Shown: positions 29,775 through 42,410 of the stretch, one piece after another | How positions within the stretch are numbered: position 1 is the stretch's first letter | How the letters are laid out: each line of letters begins with the position of its first letter | Origin: an uncultured delta proteobacterium | GTDB taxonomy: Bacteria > Myxococcota_A > UBA9160 > SMWR01 | NCBI GenBank assembly: GCA_963832165.1 | Contig: CAWHTE010000002.1 | Span: 429,484-493,483, forward strand | Direction of reading: 5' to 3' | DNA length: 64,000 nt | Notes under the pieces: generated by a model | Told to the model about the DNA's origin: nothing | Databases searched by the model: none | What the model saw: the letters and a program-made list of their open reading frames with translations, nothing else | Program-made: the position numbers and the translations under genes

Positions 29775-31610
29775 GTGTATCCCGCGATCGGTCCGGCTCT
29801 CGTCACGCTGTGCGCCTCGCTCGCGATGTCGATCTATCTGATCGCGCGCGGCCACAAGGAGCCGCTGCACTGGATGCTGCTCGGCTACCTGATCGGGATC
29901 GTGCTCTGGACCGGCGGCGTGCTGGCGCGCTTCACGGTGGACGACCCGGCACACCTCGCGGTGGCGTTGCGCGTGATCTTCACGGGGATCCTGCTCGCGT
30001 CGTCGTTCTGGCTCCTCACTGCGTTGGCGTACGTGGGCGGGCGCGAGGCGAGATGGCGGGTGAATCCGGCTCTGGTCGTGGGCGTCGTGTCGTCGCTGTT
30101 CGCGCTCGCGCTGTTCACGAACGACGGCCATCGCCTGTTCCTGCGCAAGATCGACTTCGCGGCGGTCGAGGCGGGGCCGCCCGCGTACGCGGGACCGGTG
30201 TTCTGGGCGTTCCTGGTCTGGGCGTACGGCTGCGTGGGCGGCGGCATGGTGCTCTACCTGCACGCGGCCGGCGCGATGCTGCGCGGCGATGCGCGGCGCC
30301 GCGGCATCCTGCTCGCGATCGCGTCCGCGGTGCCGCCCGCGACGAGCACGCTCTACGTGTTCCAGCTGCTGCCACTGCACTACGACCTGACCCCGATCGG
30401 TCTCATGGTCGCAAGCGTCCTGCTCTCGCGCGCGATCTTCCGCTACCAGCTGCTCGAGAGCCTGCCGCTCGCGCGCGACGCCGTGCTCGCGCGCCTCGAC
30501 GACGGCGTGGTGATGGCGAGCGCGAGCGGGCGGATCACGGAGTGGAATCCGGCCGCCGAGCGCATCCTGGGCGAATCGCTCCAGCGCGGCGCCGACCTCG
30601 GCGCCGCACTCTCGCAGTCGCTCGTGTGCGGTGATCCGCTCGGGCACGGCGCGGCGTCTGCCGCTGCGCTCGCGGGCGAGGTCACCGAGCGGCCGTGCGC
30701 GGTGCGCACGGCAGACGGAAGGCTGATCGAGGTGATGACGGCGGTGGTCGACGAAGGGCGCGGCGAGCCCGCAGGCCGCTTCGCGATCCTCTCCGACCGC
30801 TCCTCGATCGACCGCGCCGAGCAGCTCGCGCGTCAGACGCAGCGGCTCGAGATGGTCGGTGCGCTCGCGGGCGAAGTGGCGCTTCAGATCAACGACCCGC
30901 TCACATTCGTGCGGTCGAGCCTCATGGAGATCGAGCGGCTCGGCGCGCGCGTCGACGCCGCGGTCGCGGGGCCCGACGCCGAGCTCGCGACCGAGCTCTC
31001 CGACCTGCGCAACGTCGCGCTCGAGACGCTCGAGGGCGTCGAGCGGATCCGCCGCATCGTGGACGGCATGCGCGCGCTGTCGAGTGGCGAGCGCGTCGGG
31101 TCTGCGCCCGTCGACCTCAACGAGGTCGCGCGCGAGGCGGTGCGCATGGCACAGCTCGGCGAAGCGGGTGGCGACGGACCGTCGCTCGCGCTCGGGCTCG
31201 AGTCGCTGCCGGTCGTGTCCGGGAACGCCGACCGTCTGGTGCAGGTGGTGTTGAACCTGCTCGTCAACGCGCGCCAGGCGCTCGCGGACACGCCCGCGGC
31301 GTGCATCCATCTCCAGACGCGCGCCTCCGACCGCGACGTCGAGCTCGAGGTGCGCGACAACGGCCCCGGGATCCCGGAAGCCGTGATGGACCGCGTGTTC
31401 GATCCGTTCTTCACCACGCGCGGGCCCGACGAGGGCACCGGGCTGGGCCTCGCGATCGCGTTCGACATCGCGCGCGAGCACGGCGGCGTGCTCGAAGTGA
31501 GCTCGCGGCCGGGGCAGGGGGCGAGCTTCGTGCTGCGGCTACCGGCGGAGCGCCGTGAGGGTGCCGCGGCCGGGTCCGGGCGGATGGTGGAGCAGCAGGT
31601 GGAGCACTGA
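29775..31610 (+). CDS. Membrane (7TM-type)-PAS histidine kinase homolog lacking the phosphoacceptor His
   Basis: H-box reads ALQINDPL; canonical NLLVNA, DNGPGI, FDPFFTT, GTGLGL. Confidence 0.9.
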   Translation: MYPAIGPALVTLCASLAMSIYLIARGHKEPLHWMLLGYLIGIVLWTGGVLARFTVDDPAHLAVALRVIFTGILLASSFWLLTALAYVGGREARWRVNPALVVGVVSSLFALALFTNDGHRLFLRKIDFAAVEAGPPAYAGPVFWAFLVWAYGCVGGGMVLYLHAAGAMLRGDARRRGILLAIASAVPPATSTLYVFQLLPLHYDLTPIGLMVASVLLSRAIFRYQLLESLPLARDAVLARLDDGVVMASASGRITEWNPAAERILGESLQRGADLGAALSQSLVCGDPLGHGAASAAALAGEVTERPCAVRTADGRLIEVMTAVVDEGRGEPAGRFAILSDRSSIDRAEQLARQTQRLEMVGALAGEVALQINDPLTFVRSSLMEIERLGARVDAAVAGPDAELATELSDLRNVALETLEGVERIRRIVDGMRALSSGERVGSAPVDLNEVAREAVRMAQLGEAGGDGPSLALGLESLPVVSGNADRLVQVVLNLLVNARQALADTPAACIHLQTRASDRDVELEVRDNGPGIPEAVMDRVFDPFFTTRGPDEGTGLGLAIAFDIAREHGGVLEVSSRPGQGASFVLRLPAERREGAAAGSGRMVEQQVEH

Positions 31611-33050
31611 GCGGTCGCGATCGCCGACGGCGCCGTCGCCGTCGAGGTCGGAGCCCGCGAGGTGGGTCTTCAGACCGAGCGAGCTCTCGAAGCGCGCCAG
31701 GTCGGAAAGCCCGACCACGCCGTCCTGGTCGAAGTCGCCGTCGCACCGGTCGCCGAAGCCGTCGCCGTCGGCATCGCGCTGGTCGGCGTTGGGCTGCTCG
31801 CGGCAGGTGTCGAGCCGATCGGGCACGCCATCGCCGTCGCTGTCGGCGACCGGCGCGAACGGCCGCGCGACCTGCATCAGCGGATCGCCCACGTACACGT
31901 TCATCCACGAGAGATAGGGAATGTTGCGGTAGAAGGCTTCGATCGCGGGCGCGCCGCGCGCATAGTCGACGAGCAGCATCGGCCGCGCGACCCCCGACAG
32001 CATCGGCTCGTCGACGTGCCCTGCAACGCCTGCGACACCGAGATGGATCAGGTCGGCAGCGAGCGATTGCCCATAGAGGTCGGGCGCGCGCGTGAAGGTA
32101 CGCGCATCGGTGCTCACGAGCGTGACGGCGATCGAGCGCGGCGCGAAGCGACCCGGAACGCGACGTCCGTCGATCTCGCCGAAGTAGGGCGCGGGCAGAT
32201 GGTTGACGTCGTTGCTGCCCCACGAGGCGTAGCCCGCGATCGCGTCGACGCCCGTGACGAAGCCAGGCGCGGTGTCGTGGAGCACCGACGAGCCGAGCGC
32301 ACCGAGCGCGGCGGCGGCAGGGCGCAGCAGGAGCACGTTGCCCGCGTGGTAGCCGTTCGACTGGTTGGGATTCTCGTCGATCACGAACGTGCCGCGCGGA
32401 TCCGGGGCCACCGCGTTCGCGAGCAGCGCGGCGACGTCGCGCGGCACGCCGCTCTTCGGGTCGGACGCGTCCTGGTAGCCCGTGATTCGCGCCACGAGGT
32501 AGCGCAGCGGCGCCTTCGGGTAGCGATCGCGCCACGCGTCGAACGGCAGGCTCGAACGGAAGTAGGGATTGGCGGCGCCCGCGGTCCCCCCGCGTCCCTC
32601 GAGAGGCGAGAACAGCACGGCGAGCTCGGCGTCGACCGCGGCGGTCTGGCGCTGGTCGACGGGCACGCCCTGGTCGTCGTTCGTGACCCGCAGCGGGACG
32701 CCCTTGGTGGTGACGAGGATCCGGATCTTGCCGGCCGGGTCGTTCTTGCGCAGGAAGCGCGCCACGGGATCTCGCACGCGTTCGATGTAGCCCGTGCGGT
32801 CGATGCGCTCGTGCACGGGCGTCTGCATCAAGGGGTCGTCGCCGAGCGGAAGCTGCAGATGGACCACGTTCTGCGCAGGCACGTCGCGCTGGCGCCGATA
32901 GGCCTCCCCGATCGCCACCGATGTGGCGCTCGCGTCGTTCACGATCACGAGCACCTCGGGGTGGCCGGGCCCGGCGCGCGCGGCCGAGGCGAGCAGGGCA
33001 AGTGCGAGCCCGATAGAATACGCGCCCGCCGCGAAGCGCCCTGCAGACAT
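31539..33050 (-). CDS. TIGR03790-like secreted protein with C-terminal TSP3 and dockerin-like Ca-binding repeats
   Basis: EVLVIVN..S..IGEAY..RDVP..N, AVDAEL, NPYF, GHVDEP, LSWMNVYVGDPL; DSDGDGVPD..D.C..PN.DQ.D.DGDG.GD.CD; paired DxDxDG loops. Confidence 0.8.
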   Translation of the reverse strand: MSAGRFAAGAYSIGLALALLASAARAGPGHPEVLVIVNDASATSVAIGEAYRRQRDVPAQNVVHLQLPLGDDPLMQTPVHERIDRTGYIERVRDPVARFLRKNDPAGKIRILVTTKGVPLRVTNDDQGVPVDQRQTAAVDAELAVLFSPLEGRGGTAGAANPYFRSSLPFDAWRDRYPKAPLRYLVARITGYQDASDPKSGVPRDVAALLANAVAPDPRGTFVIDENPNQSNGYHAGNVLLLRPAAAALGALGSSVLHDTAPGFVTGVDAIAGYASWGSNDVNHLPAPYFGEIDGRRVPGRFAPRSIAVTLVSTDARTFTRAPDLYGQSLAADLIHLGVAGVAGHVDEPMLSGVARPMLLVDYARGAPAIEAFYRNIPYLSWMNVYVGDPLMQVARPFAPVADSDGDGVPDRLDTCREQPNADQRDADGDGFGDRCDGDFDQDGVVGLSDLARFESSLGLKTHLAGSDLDGDGAVGDRDRSVLHLLLHHPPGPGRGTLTALRR

Positions 33051-33059
33051 GGAGTCATT

Positions 33060-34732
<1,673 letters not shown>

Positions 34733-34736
<4 letters not shown>

Positions 34737-35766
34737 TTCGCGCGCTGAGCCGGCGCCGACGCGCGCACGTTCTCGAGCGTCGCGCGCGTGGCCAGCGTGA
34801 GCGGGTCGAGCTTGCCGAGCGCGGGCTCGAGCAGCCCGAGCGAGCGCTCGAGCGTCCTCCGCGCCGAGTCGCGCTCGCCGAGGCCCGCGTAGGTGCGCCC
34901 GAGATAGGAGAGGCTCGCGCCGAGCTCGACCGGTGCGGTGACGCCGCGCTCGTGGATCGCGACCGCGCGCTCGAGCAGCGTGCGCGCGCGCGCGTAGTCG
35001 CGCCGGTCGAGCAGCGCCGAGCCCTCGCGGTCGAGGTCGCGCGCGACGGTCGCGGCGTCCGGTTCGTCTCGTAGGGCGGATTAGCCCGAAGGGCGTAATC
35101 CGCCAGCAGCCCGCGAACGCGCACCACGGTGGGATCGTTCGCCGCGAGCGTCTTCTCGTAGAGCGGCAGCGCGCGCTCGAAGAACGCGCGTGCGCGGTCG
35201 TGCTCGCCGCGCGCGCGGTGCAGCAGCGCGAGATTCGCGAGCGTCTCGGCCACGAGCTCGTCGCTCGCCGGCTGCAGGAACTCCCAGACGCCGAGCGCCT
35301 GCTCGTAGAGCTCGCCCGCTTCGCGCGCATTTCCGAGCGTCGCAGCCGCGGCGGCCCGCTCGCCGAGCAGCCAGCCGAGGTTCGCGAGCGTGAGGGTGCG
35401 CAGCTCCGGATCCGCGCCGCCGACCGCCTGCTCCGCGAGCGCGCGCCGGTAGAAGTGCTCGGCCTCCGGCAGATGGCCGCGGTCGTGCAGGGTCACCGCG
35501 AGCTCCGCGAGCGCGCGTGCCTCGGGTACCCGAGAGTGCTCCGCATCGCGCAGCCCGGTGGCGCGCGCATAGAGCGGCGCGGCGAGGTCGCGGCGGCCGG
35601 TGGCCGCGTGCTGATCGGCCTCGCGCGCGAGCGCGCTCGCTTCCGATGCCGCGGCGCGCGGCTGCGTCCGTGCGCTCGATCTCGGCGCCTCGCGCGGCGG
35701 ACCCGCGGGCGCAGCACAGCCCGCGATCGCGCACAGGACGCCCAACCGGAATGCGGTTCGCAGCAC
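34733..35766 (-). CDS. TPR lipoprotein with internal REP and frameshift near 35070
   Basis: Lipobox IAGC; kinesin-light-chain-like TPRs; after ADYALRANPPY the TPR pattern resumes in another frame (DYARARTLLERAVAIHE..SLSYLG) ending TAA at 34733-34735. Confidence 0.8.
35071..35104 (+). repeat. GTAG-type REP inside coding sequence
   Basis: GTAG followed by imperfect palindrome GGCGGATTA-GCCC-GAA-GGGC-G-TAATCCGCC. Confidence 0.85.
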
Positions 35767-35807
35767 GCAGGGCTCTTCGGCAGAGCGGCCGCCGTGCCTG
35801 ATGGCGG

Positions 35808-35865
35808 GCAAGGAGGCCGACGAAGTCGGCCGACGCGCAGCGAGCCGAAGGCGAGCGAAGGCGGG
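35808..35865 (+). repeat. Intergenic palindromic repeat, family B copy 2
   Basis: Near identity to 9446-9504. Confidence 0.85.
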
Positions 35866-35873
35866 CCCCTGCA

Positions 35874-35909
35874 CGGGATGGCTCGCTGCGCTCGCTACTC
35901 CCGCCCTAC
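35874..35909 (-). repeat. GTAG-type REP overlapping egtB stop codon
   Basis: Minus strand GTAGGGCGGGAGTAGCGAGCGCAGCGAGCCATCCCG closely matches the REP at 53448. Confidence 0.8.
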
Positions 35910-37168
35910 TTTGCCAATCGGATCCCGCTGAACTGCCAGCGCGCGTCGGGGTAGAAGAAGTTGCGGTAGCTCGCGCGGATGTGGTCGGCGGGCGTCGCGC
36001 ACGAGCCGCCGCGCAGCACGAGCTGATTGCTCATGAACTTGCCGTTGTACTCGCCGAGCGCGCCCGCAGGGGGCGCATAGCCGGGATAGGGCGCGTACGC
36101 GCTGCGCGTCCACTCCCAGACGTCGCCGAACAGCTGCAGGAAACCGCCCTGATCGGCGGGCGCCGGGCGCGGGTGCAGCGCTCCGCTCTCCACGGTGTTG
36201 CCTTCGACCGGCGTGTCGGCCGCCGCGACCTCCCACTCCATCTCGGTGGGCAGGCGCGCCCCGGCCCAGCGCGCGAATGCGTCGGCTTCGTAGAAGCTCA
36301 CGTGGGCGACCGGCTCGTCGGGCGCGACCTCGCGCAGGCCGCCGAGCGTGAACATCCACCACGCGTCGCCGCGCCGCTGCCAGTAGAGCGGCGCCTCCCA
36401 GCCGAATCGCTGCACCGCGGCCCAGCCGTCGGAGAGCCACGGGTTCGGATCGCGGTACCCGCCCGCCTCGATGAACGCGAGGTACTCGCGGTTCGTGACC
36501 GGCCGGCTCGCGAGCGCGAACGGCTCCAGATAGACGCGGTGGCGCGGCGTCTCGTTGTCGAATGCGAAGCCGTCGCCCGCGTGACCCACTTCGCGCACGC
36601 CGCCCGGGAACGACACGAAGCGCGCCTCCGCGCGCGAGCTCGGCGCCGGGAGCACGGTCGATGCGCGGTACACGGGCGCGAGCGGGTTCTGGGCGAACAG
36701 GTGCTTGAGATCGGTGAGGATCAGCTCCTGGTGCTGCTGCTCGTGGTGCGTGCCCAGGAGCACCACCTCGCGCAGCGCCGCATCGAGCTTCTCGTCTTCG
36801 AGCAACAGGAGCACGTGCCGGTCGACGTGCTCGCGATAGGCGAGCACCTCGTCGAGCGACGGCCGCGCGAGCAGCCCGCGCTGCGGCCGCGCGTACTGGG
36901 GTCCGACGCTGTTGTAGTACGAGTTGAACAGCACGCGGAACCCGGGCTCGAAGCAGCGGTAGCCCGGCAGCGCCGGCTCGAGCGCGAACGTCTCGAAGTA
37001 CCAGCTCGTGTGCGCGAGGTGCCACTTGGTCGGGCTCGCATCGGGCATCGACTGGAGCGCGCAGTCCTCGGCGGAGAGCGGCTCGACAAGTGCTAATGTC
37101 GCGGCGCGCACCGCTCGGTAGCGCTGCGCGAGCGCATCGGCTGCGGTCGCTCTAGAGATGGCAGACAT
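35906..37168 (-). CDS. egtB: Ergothioneine biosynthesis sulfoxide synthase
   Basis: QSMPDASPTKWHLAHT, FNSYY, HEQQHQE, FDNE, GEYNGKFM, YRNFFYPDARWQF. Confidence 0.95.
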   Translation of the reverse strand: MSAISRATAADALAQRYRAVRAATLALVEPLSAEDCALQSMPDASPTKWHLAHTSWYFETFALEPALPGYRCFEPGFRVLFNSYYNSVGPQYARPQRGLLARPSLDEVLAYREHVDRHVLLLLEDEKLDAALREVVLLGTHHEQQHQELILTDLKHLFAQNPLAPVYRASTVLPAPSSRAEARFVSFPGGVREVGHAGDGFAFDNETPRHRVYLEPFALASRPVTNREYLAFIEAGGYRDPNPWLSDGWAAVQRFGWEAPLYWQRRGDAWWMFTLGGLREVAPDEPVAHVSFYEADAFARWAGARLPTEMEWEVAAADTPVEGNTVESGALHPRPAPADQGGFLQLFGDVWEWTRSAYAPYPGYAPPAGALGEYNGKFMSNQLVLRGGSCATPADHIRASYRNFFYPDARWQFSGIRLAK

Positions 37169-37189
37169 CAGCCGATAAAGGCTACCCCT

Positions 37190-37996
37190 ATGCACCGGGA
37201 GGTGCCCGCCGTGCAAGCGGAATACATCGATGTCACGCGGGCGCGCTCGATGCCCGGGCTGCGGCTCGTGCTCACCACCGGTGTCCCGGGGCCCTGGGGA
37301 GAGGCCGCGAAGGGGATCTTCCACGCGAGGAAGATCGCGTTCGCGCGCGTCGCGCAGGCGGCCGGAGCCGACAACGATGAGCTCTTCGCGTGGACCGGAC
37401 ACCGCAACGCGCCGGTCGCCGTCTACGAAGACGAGCCGCCGCGCACCAGCTGGTCGGAGATCCTCTGGCTCGCCGAGCGTCTCAGCGCCGCGCCGTCGCT
37501 CCTGCCCGAGGCCCCCGACGATCGCGTGCGCTGCCTCGGACTCGCGGAAGAGCTGATGGGCATCGGCGGCTTCGGCTGGAATCGCCGCCTGATGCTGCTG
37601 CGACCGGGCATGGGCGACTCCGACACGCCGCCCGAGGCGATGCGAGCGACGCTCGGGCGCATGGCGCGCCAGTACGGCTACAGCCGCGCGGCCGCCGACG
37701 AAGCACCCGATCGCATCGTAGAGGTGGTCGGAGTGCTCTCGCGCCAGCTCGCCGCACAGCAGGCCCGAGGCCGACGTTATTTGATCGGCGACCGCGTGTC
37801 TGCGGTCGACATCTACTGGGCCGCGATGGCCGCGCTCGTGGCACCGCTGCCGGCTGATGTGTGTCCCATGCCCGAGATGCTGCGCGGCCTCTACGGGAAC
37901 CCGGGTCCGATCGTGACGAAGGCGCTCGACCCCGCGCTGCTCGAGCACCGCGACCGCATCTACCGCGAACACATGGAGTTCCCGCTCGCGCTCTGA
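37190..37996 (+). CDS. Glutathione S-transferase-like protein
   Basis: GVPGPWGEAAK..NAPV N-terminal domain; YLIGDRVSAVDIYWA C-terminal motif. Confidence 0.75.
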   Translation: MHREVPAVQAEYIDVTRARSMPGLRLVLTTGVPGPWGEAAKGIFHARKIAFARVAQAAGADNDELFAWTGHRNAPVAVYEDEPPRTSWSEILWLAERLSAAPSLLPEAPDDRVRCLGLAEELMGIGGFGWNRRLMLLRPGMGDSDTPPEAMRATLGRMARQYGYSRAAADEAPDRIVEVVGVLSRQLAAQQARGRRYLIGDRVSAVDIYWAAMAALVAPLPADVCPMPEMLRGLYGNPGPIVTKALDPALLEHRDRIYREHMEFPLAL

Positions 37997-38014
37997 GCGC
38001 GCGCTCTCAAACCC

Positions 38015-39820
<1,806 letters not shown>

Positions 39821-39844
39821 GCCATTCCCTCGGGTCGCCCGCGT

Positions 39845-39950
39845 GCGCTCGGAGGCGGGACTCGAAGTGCGCCGAGCTCGCGATCGCTGGGCTTGGTCGA
39901 TCCTGGAGCTTCGGCGGCGTTACGCAGATCTGTCTAACGCCAGAACTCAT
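39845..39950 (-). pseudogene. Possible decayed 5' remnant of an integron integrase
   Basis: Translates PPKLQDR..AI..AHF, then SPASER after a 1-nt shift, resembling the IntI N-terminus (PKLLD..AIR.RH.S.RTE); divergent from the array. Confidence 0.35.
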
Positions 39951-40057
39951 CGCCGGCGCCGGCCCGAACCGCAGGCGATACCAGAGCTTCGCTCGTGGTA
40001 TACGTCTCCTCATCCCTGTTACACACTTGCCCGCTGTGTGCGGTGCTTTAGATAGGT

Positions 40058-40078
40058 CTGTCGAATTACAAGTTAGGG
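40058..40078 (+). mobile_element. Putative attI-like site at head of cassette array
   Basis: gtcgaattacaaGTTAGGG, GTT at 40072, just upstream of first cassette ORF with no preceding attC palindrome. Confidence 0.45.
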
Positions 40079-40134
40079 GGCACCAACCCTTGATTCTCAA
40101 GGAGAAATAGTATCTATCATTCGGAGGCTGTCAC

Positions 40135-40650
40135 ATGAAGTTTCCGTTCGACGAAGTGAACATGCACGATACGGAGCATGCTGACTGGGTAAGGTCGCAG
40201 CGCGATCCGGAGCTGTGGCATGCCGCCGCGATCGCCGTGGTCAACTATCTCGGGGATCCTCACGGCTTTCTAGTCTGGCTCGCTGATCAGCGTGAAACGG
40301 ATCGCGCGACCGCTGGATACTTCTTTTTCGGAGTACAGGGGTCTGACTATCTGCGCGGGCAAAAGGACTTCCTGGGCGAAGGATTGTCCAGCGGGCAGTG
40401 GCTGGCCGCCATGGAAGCCATCTGCCGAAGAGCGGCGACCACCGGCTTCGCCAATGATTCACTCGGCCTTCATCCCGGGTTTGAGGCGACGAGACAAATG
40501 TGCCTCGATGTTGTCAACCGCGGTCAGGTCGCGGAAGGCATTACCGTTCCGAGCGCGCTCCTCGACAGGCCGTTTCCTCCTGAGAAGAAGCTCCAGTATT
40601 TCGTCGAAGACGGAACGCTGTTGGATCACAACCCCGGCCCATTCTTGTGA
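40135..40650 (+). CDS. DUF4274-like hypothetical protein (cassette)
   Basis: PELWH..A..NY..LVWL..TDRATA..FF pattern; GGAGG RBS. Confidence 0.6.
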   Translation: MKFPFDEVNMHDTEHADWVRSQRDPELWHAAAIAVVNYLGDPHGFLVWLADQRETDRATAGYFFFGVQGSDYLRGQKDFLGEGLSSGQWLAAMEAICRRAATTGFANDSLGLHPGFEATRQMCLDVVNRGQVAEGITVPSALLDRPFPPEKKLQYFVEDGTLLDHNPGPFL

Positions 40651-40664
40651 GGTAGGCTGCGCGC

Positions 40665-41303
40665 ATGCTCAAGGTGTACGGCTTTGCTCGAGTGAACAAG
40701 GGAGCGCGTGGCAAAACTCGCGACTTGCGTGTCCTGTGGACGCTCGAAGAGATCGGACTGCCCCACGAGATCGTCGGGATGGACCACCCCAACCACGATC
40801 TCGATTCACCTGCGTACCGCGCGCTGAATCCGTTTGGTCAGATTCCGGTGATCGATGACGATGGCGTCGTGGTCTCCGAGTCCGGCGCGATATTGCTCTA
40901 CCTTGCGCGCAAGAGCGGCAAGCTGATGCCCCACGATCTCGCGGGGGAGGTACAGGTGCTTCGCTGGTCCTTCACCGCGCTGAACACCATCGAGCTGCCG
41001 GTGCTATCGCTGTGGTTTGTCAACTTGAACGGTGGCAAGAACAGCAAGCCCAGCGAGGCGTTGCATGACTGGGCCAAGATGCGCTTGAAGCAACTCGATG
41101 GTTGGCTCGCAAATCGACAGTTCATCGCGACCGAGGACTTTACTGTCGCTGATGTCCTCATGACGCACGTGCTGGACGCTGGAACCAATCAGGAGATGCT
41201 GAAGCCGTACTCGAACCTCCTCGCTTACCGCGCGCGTTGCACCGAGCGACCAGCATGGAAGAAGACGGTCGACGCGTACTGCGAGCGAGTCGAAGCCGCC
41301 TGA
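40665..41303 (+). CDS. Glutathione S-transferase (cassette)
   Basis: RVLWTLEEIG, NPFGQIP, SESGAILLYL, FTVADV. Confidence 0.93.
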   Translation: MLKVYGFARVNKGARGKTRDLRVLWTLEEIGLPHEIVGMDHPNHDLDSPAYRALNPFGQIPVIDDDGVVVSESGAILLYLARKSGKLMPHDLAGEVQVLRWSFTALNTIELPVLSLWFVNLNGGKNSKPSEALHDWAKMRLKQLDGWLANRQFIATEDFTVADVLMTHVLDAGTNQEMLKPYSNLLAYRARCTERPAWKKTVDAYCERVEAA

Positions 41304-41322
41304 CCTGAACGAGGGGCGCGCC

Positions 41323-41387
41323 GTCTACCCTGCTGATGAACCTGACGGGCGCTTCGCGCCTCGCAGGTTATCGGCTAAACGTTGAGC
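41323..41387 (+). mobile_element. attC site (R'' mutated)
   Basis: GTCTACC..gctgatgaacctg..caggttatcggc..GTTGAGC. Confidence 0.8.
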
Positions 41388-41408
41388 GGGGCGAAGAGAC
41401 GAAGTGCT

Positions 41409-42206
41409 ATGGCCGGGCTCAGTGACAAGTGGGCAGCCGGCGCGACCTACGAAGACTTCATGGGTCGGTGGAGCCGTCTACTTGCACCCCAGTTCGTGTC
41501 GTGGTTGCGGGTCCGCCCGACTGCCCACTGGCTGGACGTCGGGTGTGGTACTGGTGCACTCAGCGACGCGATCTGTGCCGGTGCACGCCCTGCCTCCGTA
41601 GTGGCATGCGACCCTTCTGAGTCCTTCGTCGAGTACGCTCGTCAGCATCAGGTCGATCGGCGCATCTCCTTCGTCGTCGCCGGTGCCGGTGACCTTCCAA
41701 CCCGCTCCGGCGGCTTCGACAGCGTTGCTTCCGCTCTCGCCTTGAACTTCTTCCCAGAGCCCGAAGTGGCCATCGAAGAAATGCGCCGCATCGCTGCCAC
41801 GGATGGCCTCGTGTCGGCGTGCGTGTGGGACTACGCGGGTCGGATGGAATTCTTGCGGCGCTTCTGGGATTCTGCTGCAGCCTTGGATCCCAACGCGACC
41901 GAGCTGGACGAAGGCCGCCGCTTCCCGATCTGCCGACCCGATACGCTCACGTCGCTGTTTCGCGGGGGCGGTCTCAGCGATGTTGTCTGCGAATCAATCG
42001 AGATCACCACCCGATTCTCCACATTCGCCGAGTTCTGGACTCCATTCCTGGGTGGCACCGGTCCTGCGCCTTCCTACGTTGCGAGTCTCGAATCCCGTCA
42101 ACGCGAGTCATTGGCGCAACATCTCGACCGCTCGCTTTCTCGGGAGCCGGACGGCGCGATCTGCCTCGTTGCCAATGCGTGGGTTGTACGTGGAATCTCG
42201 CGCTAG
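41409..42206 (+). CDS. Class I SAM-dependent methyltransferase (cassette)
   Basis: YEDFMGRWS, WLDVGCGTG, VWDY. Confidence 0.92.
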   Translation: MAGLSDKWAAGATYEDFMGRWSRLLAPQFVSWLRVRPTAHWLDVGCGTGALSDAICAGARPASVVACDPSESFVEYARQHQVDRRISFVVAGAGDLPTRSGGFDSVASALALNFFPEPEVAIEEMRRIAATDGLVSACVWDYAGRMEFLRRFWDSAAALDPNATELDEGRRFPICRPDTLTSLFRGGGLSDVVCESIEITTRFSTFAEFWTPFLGGTGPAPSYVASLESRQRESLAQHLDRSLSREPDGAICLVANAWVVRGISR

Positions 42207-42216
42207 CAGGCGCGCC

Positions 42217-42326
42217 GCCCAACGCTGAAGCTGCCGGGCGCGGGCTTCGGTCGCGCGGGCGCCCTTGCTCGACACAGGCCGTGGTAGCATCGCGCGCGGC
42301 CGCAGCTTCGCGGCCATCCGTTAGAC
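42217..42326 (+). mobile_element. attC site
   Basis: GCCCAAC-gctgaagctgc..gcagcttcgc..GTTAGAC; R''-L'' spacer appears shortened. Confidence 0.82.
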
Positions 42327-42410
42327 GGCGGCGGGATGCTGAAGGTCGGTCCTACGCGGTTGCCGCGATCGATCCTCCGCGAACACCTGCAACCGGAACG
42401 GAGGTAGAGC

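Noticed and set aside
35906..37168. SenA (selenoneine) assignment given a selenoprotein in the window
   Set aside because: Motifs fit standard EgtB and no senB/selD neighbours are present
39932..40078. GTCTAAC..GTTAGGG as a complete attC
   Set aside because: No matching L''/L' arms visible; attI-like reading preferred
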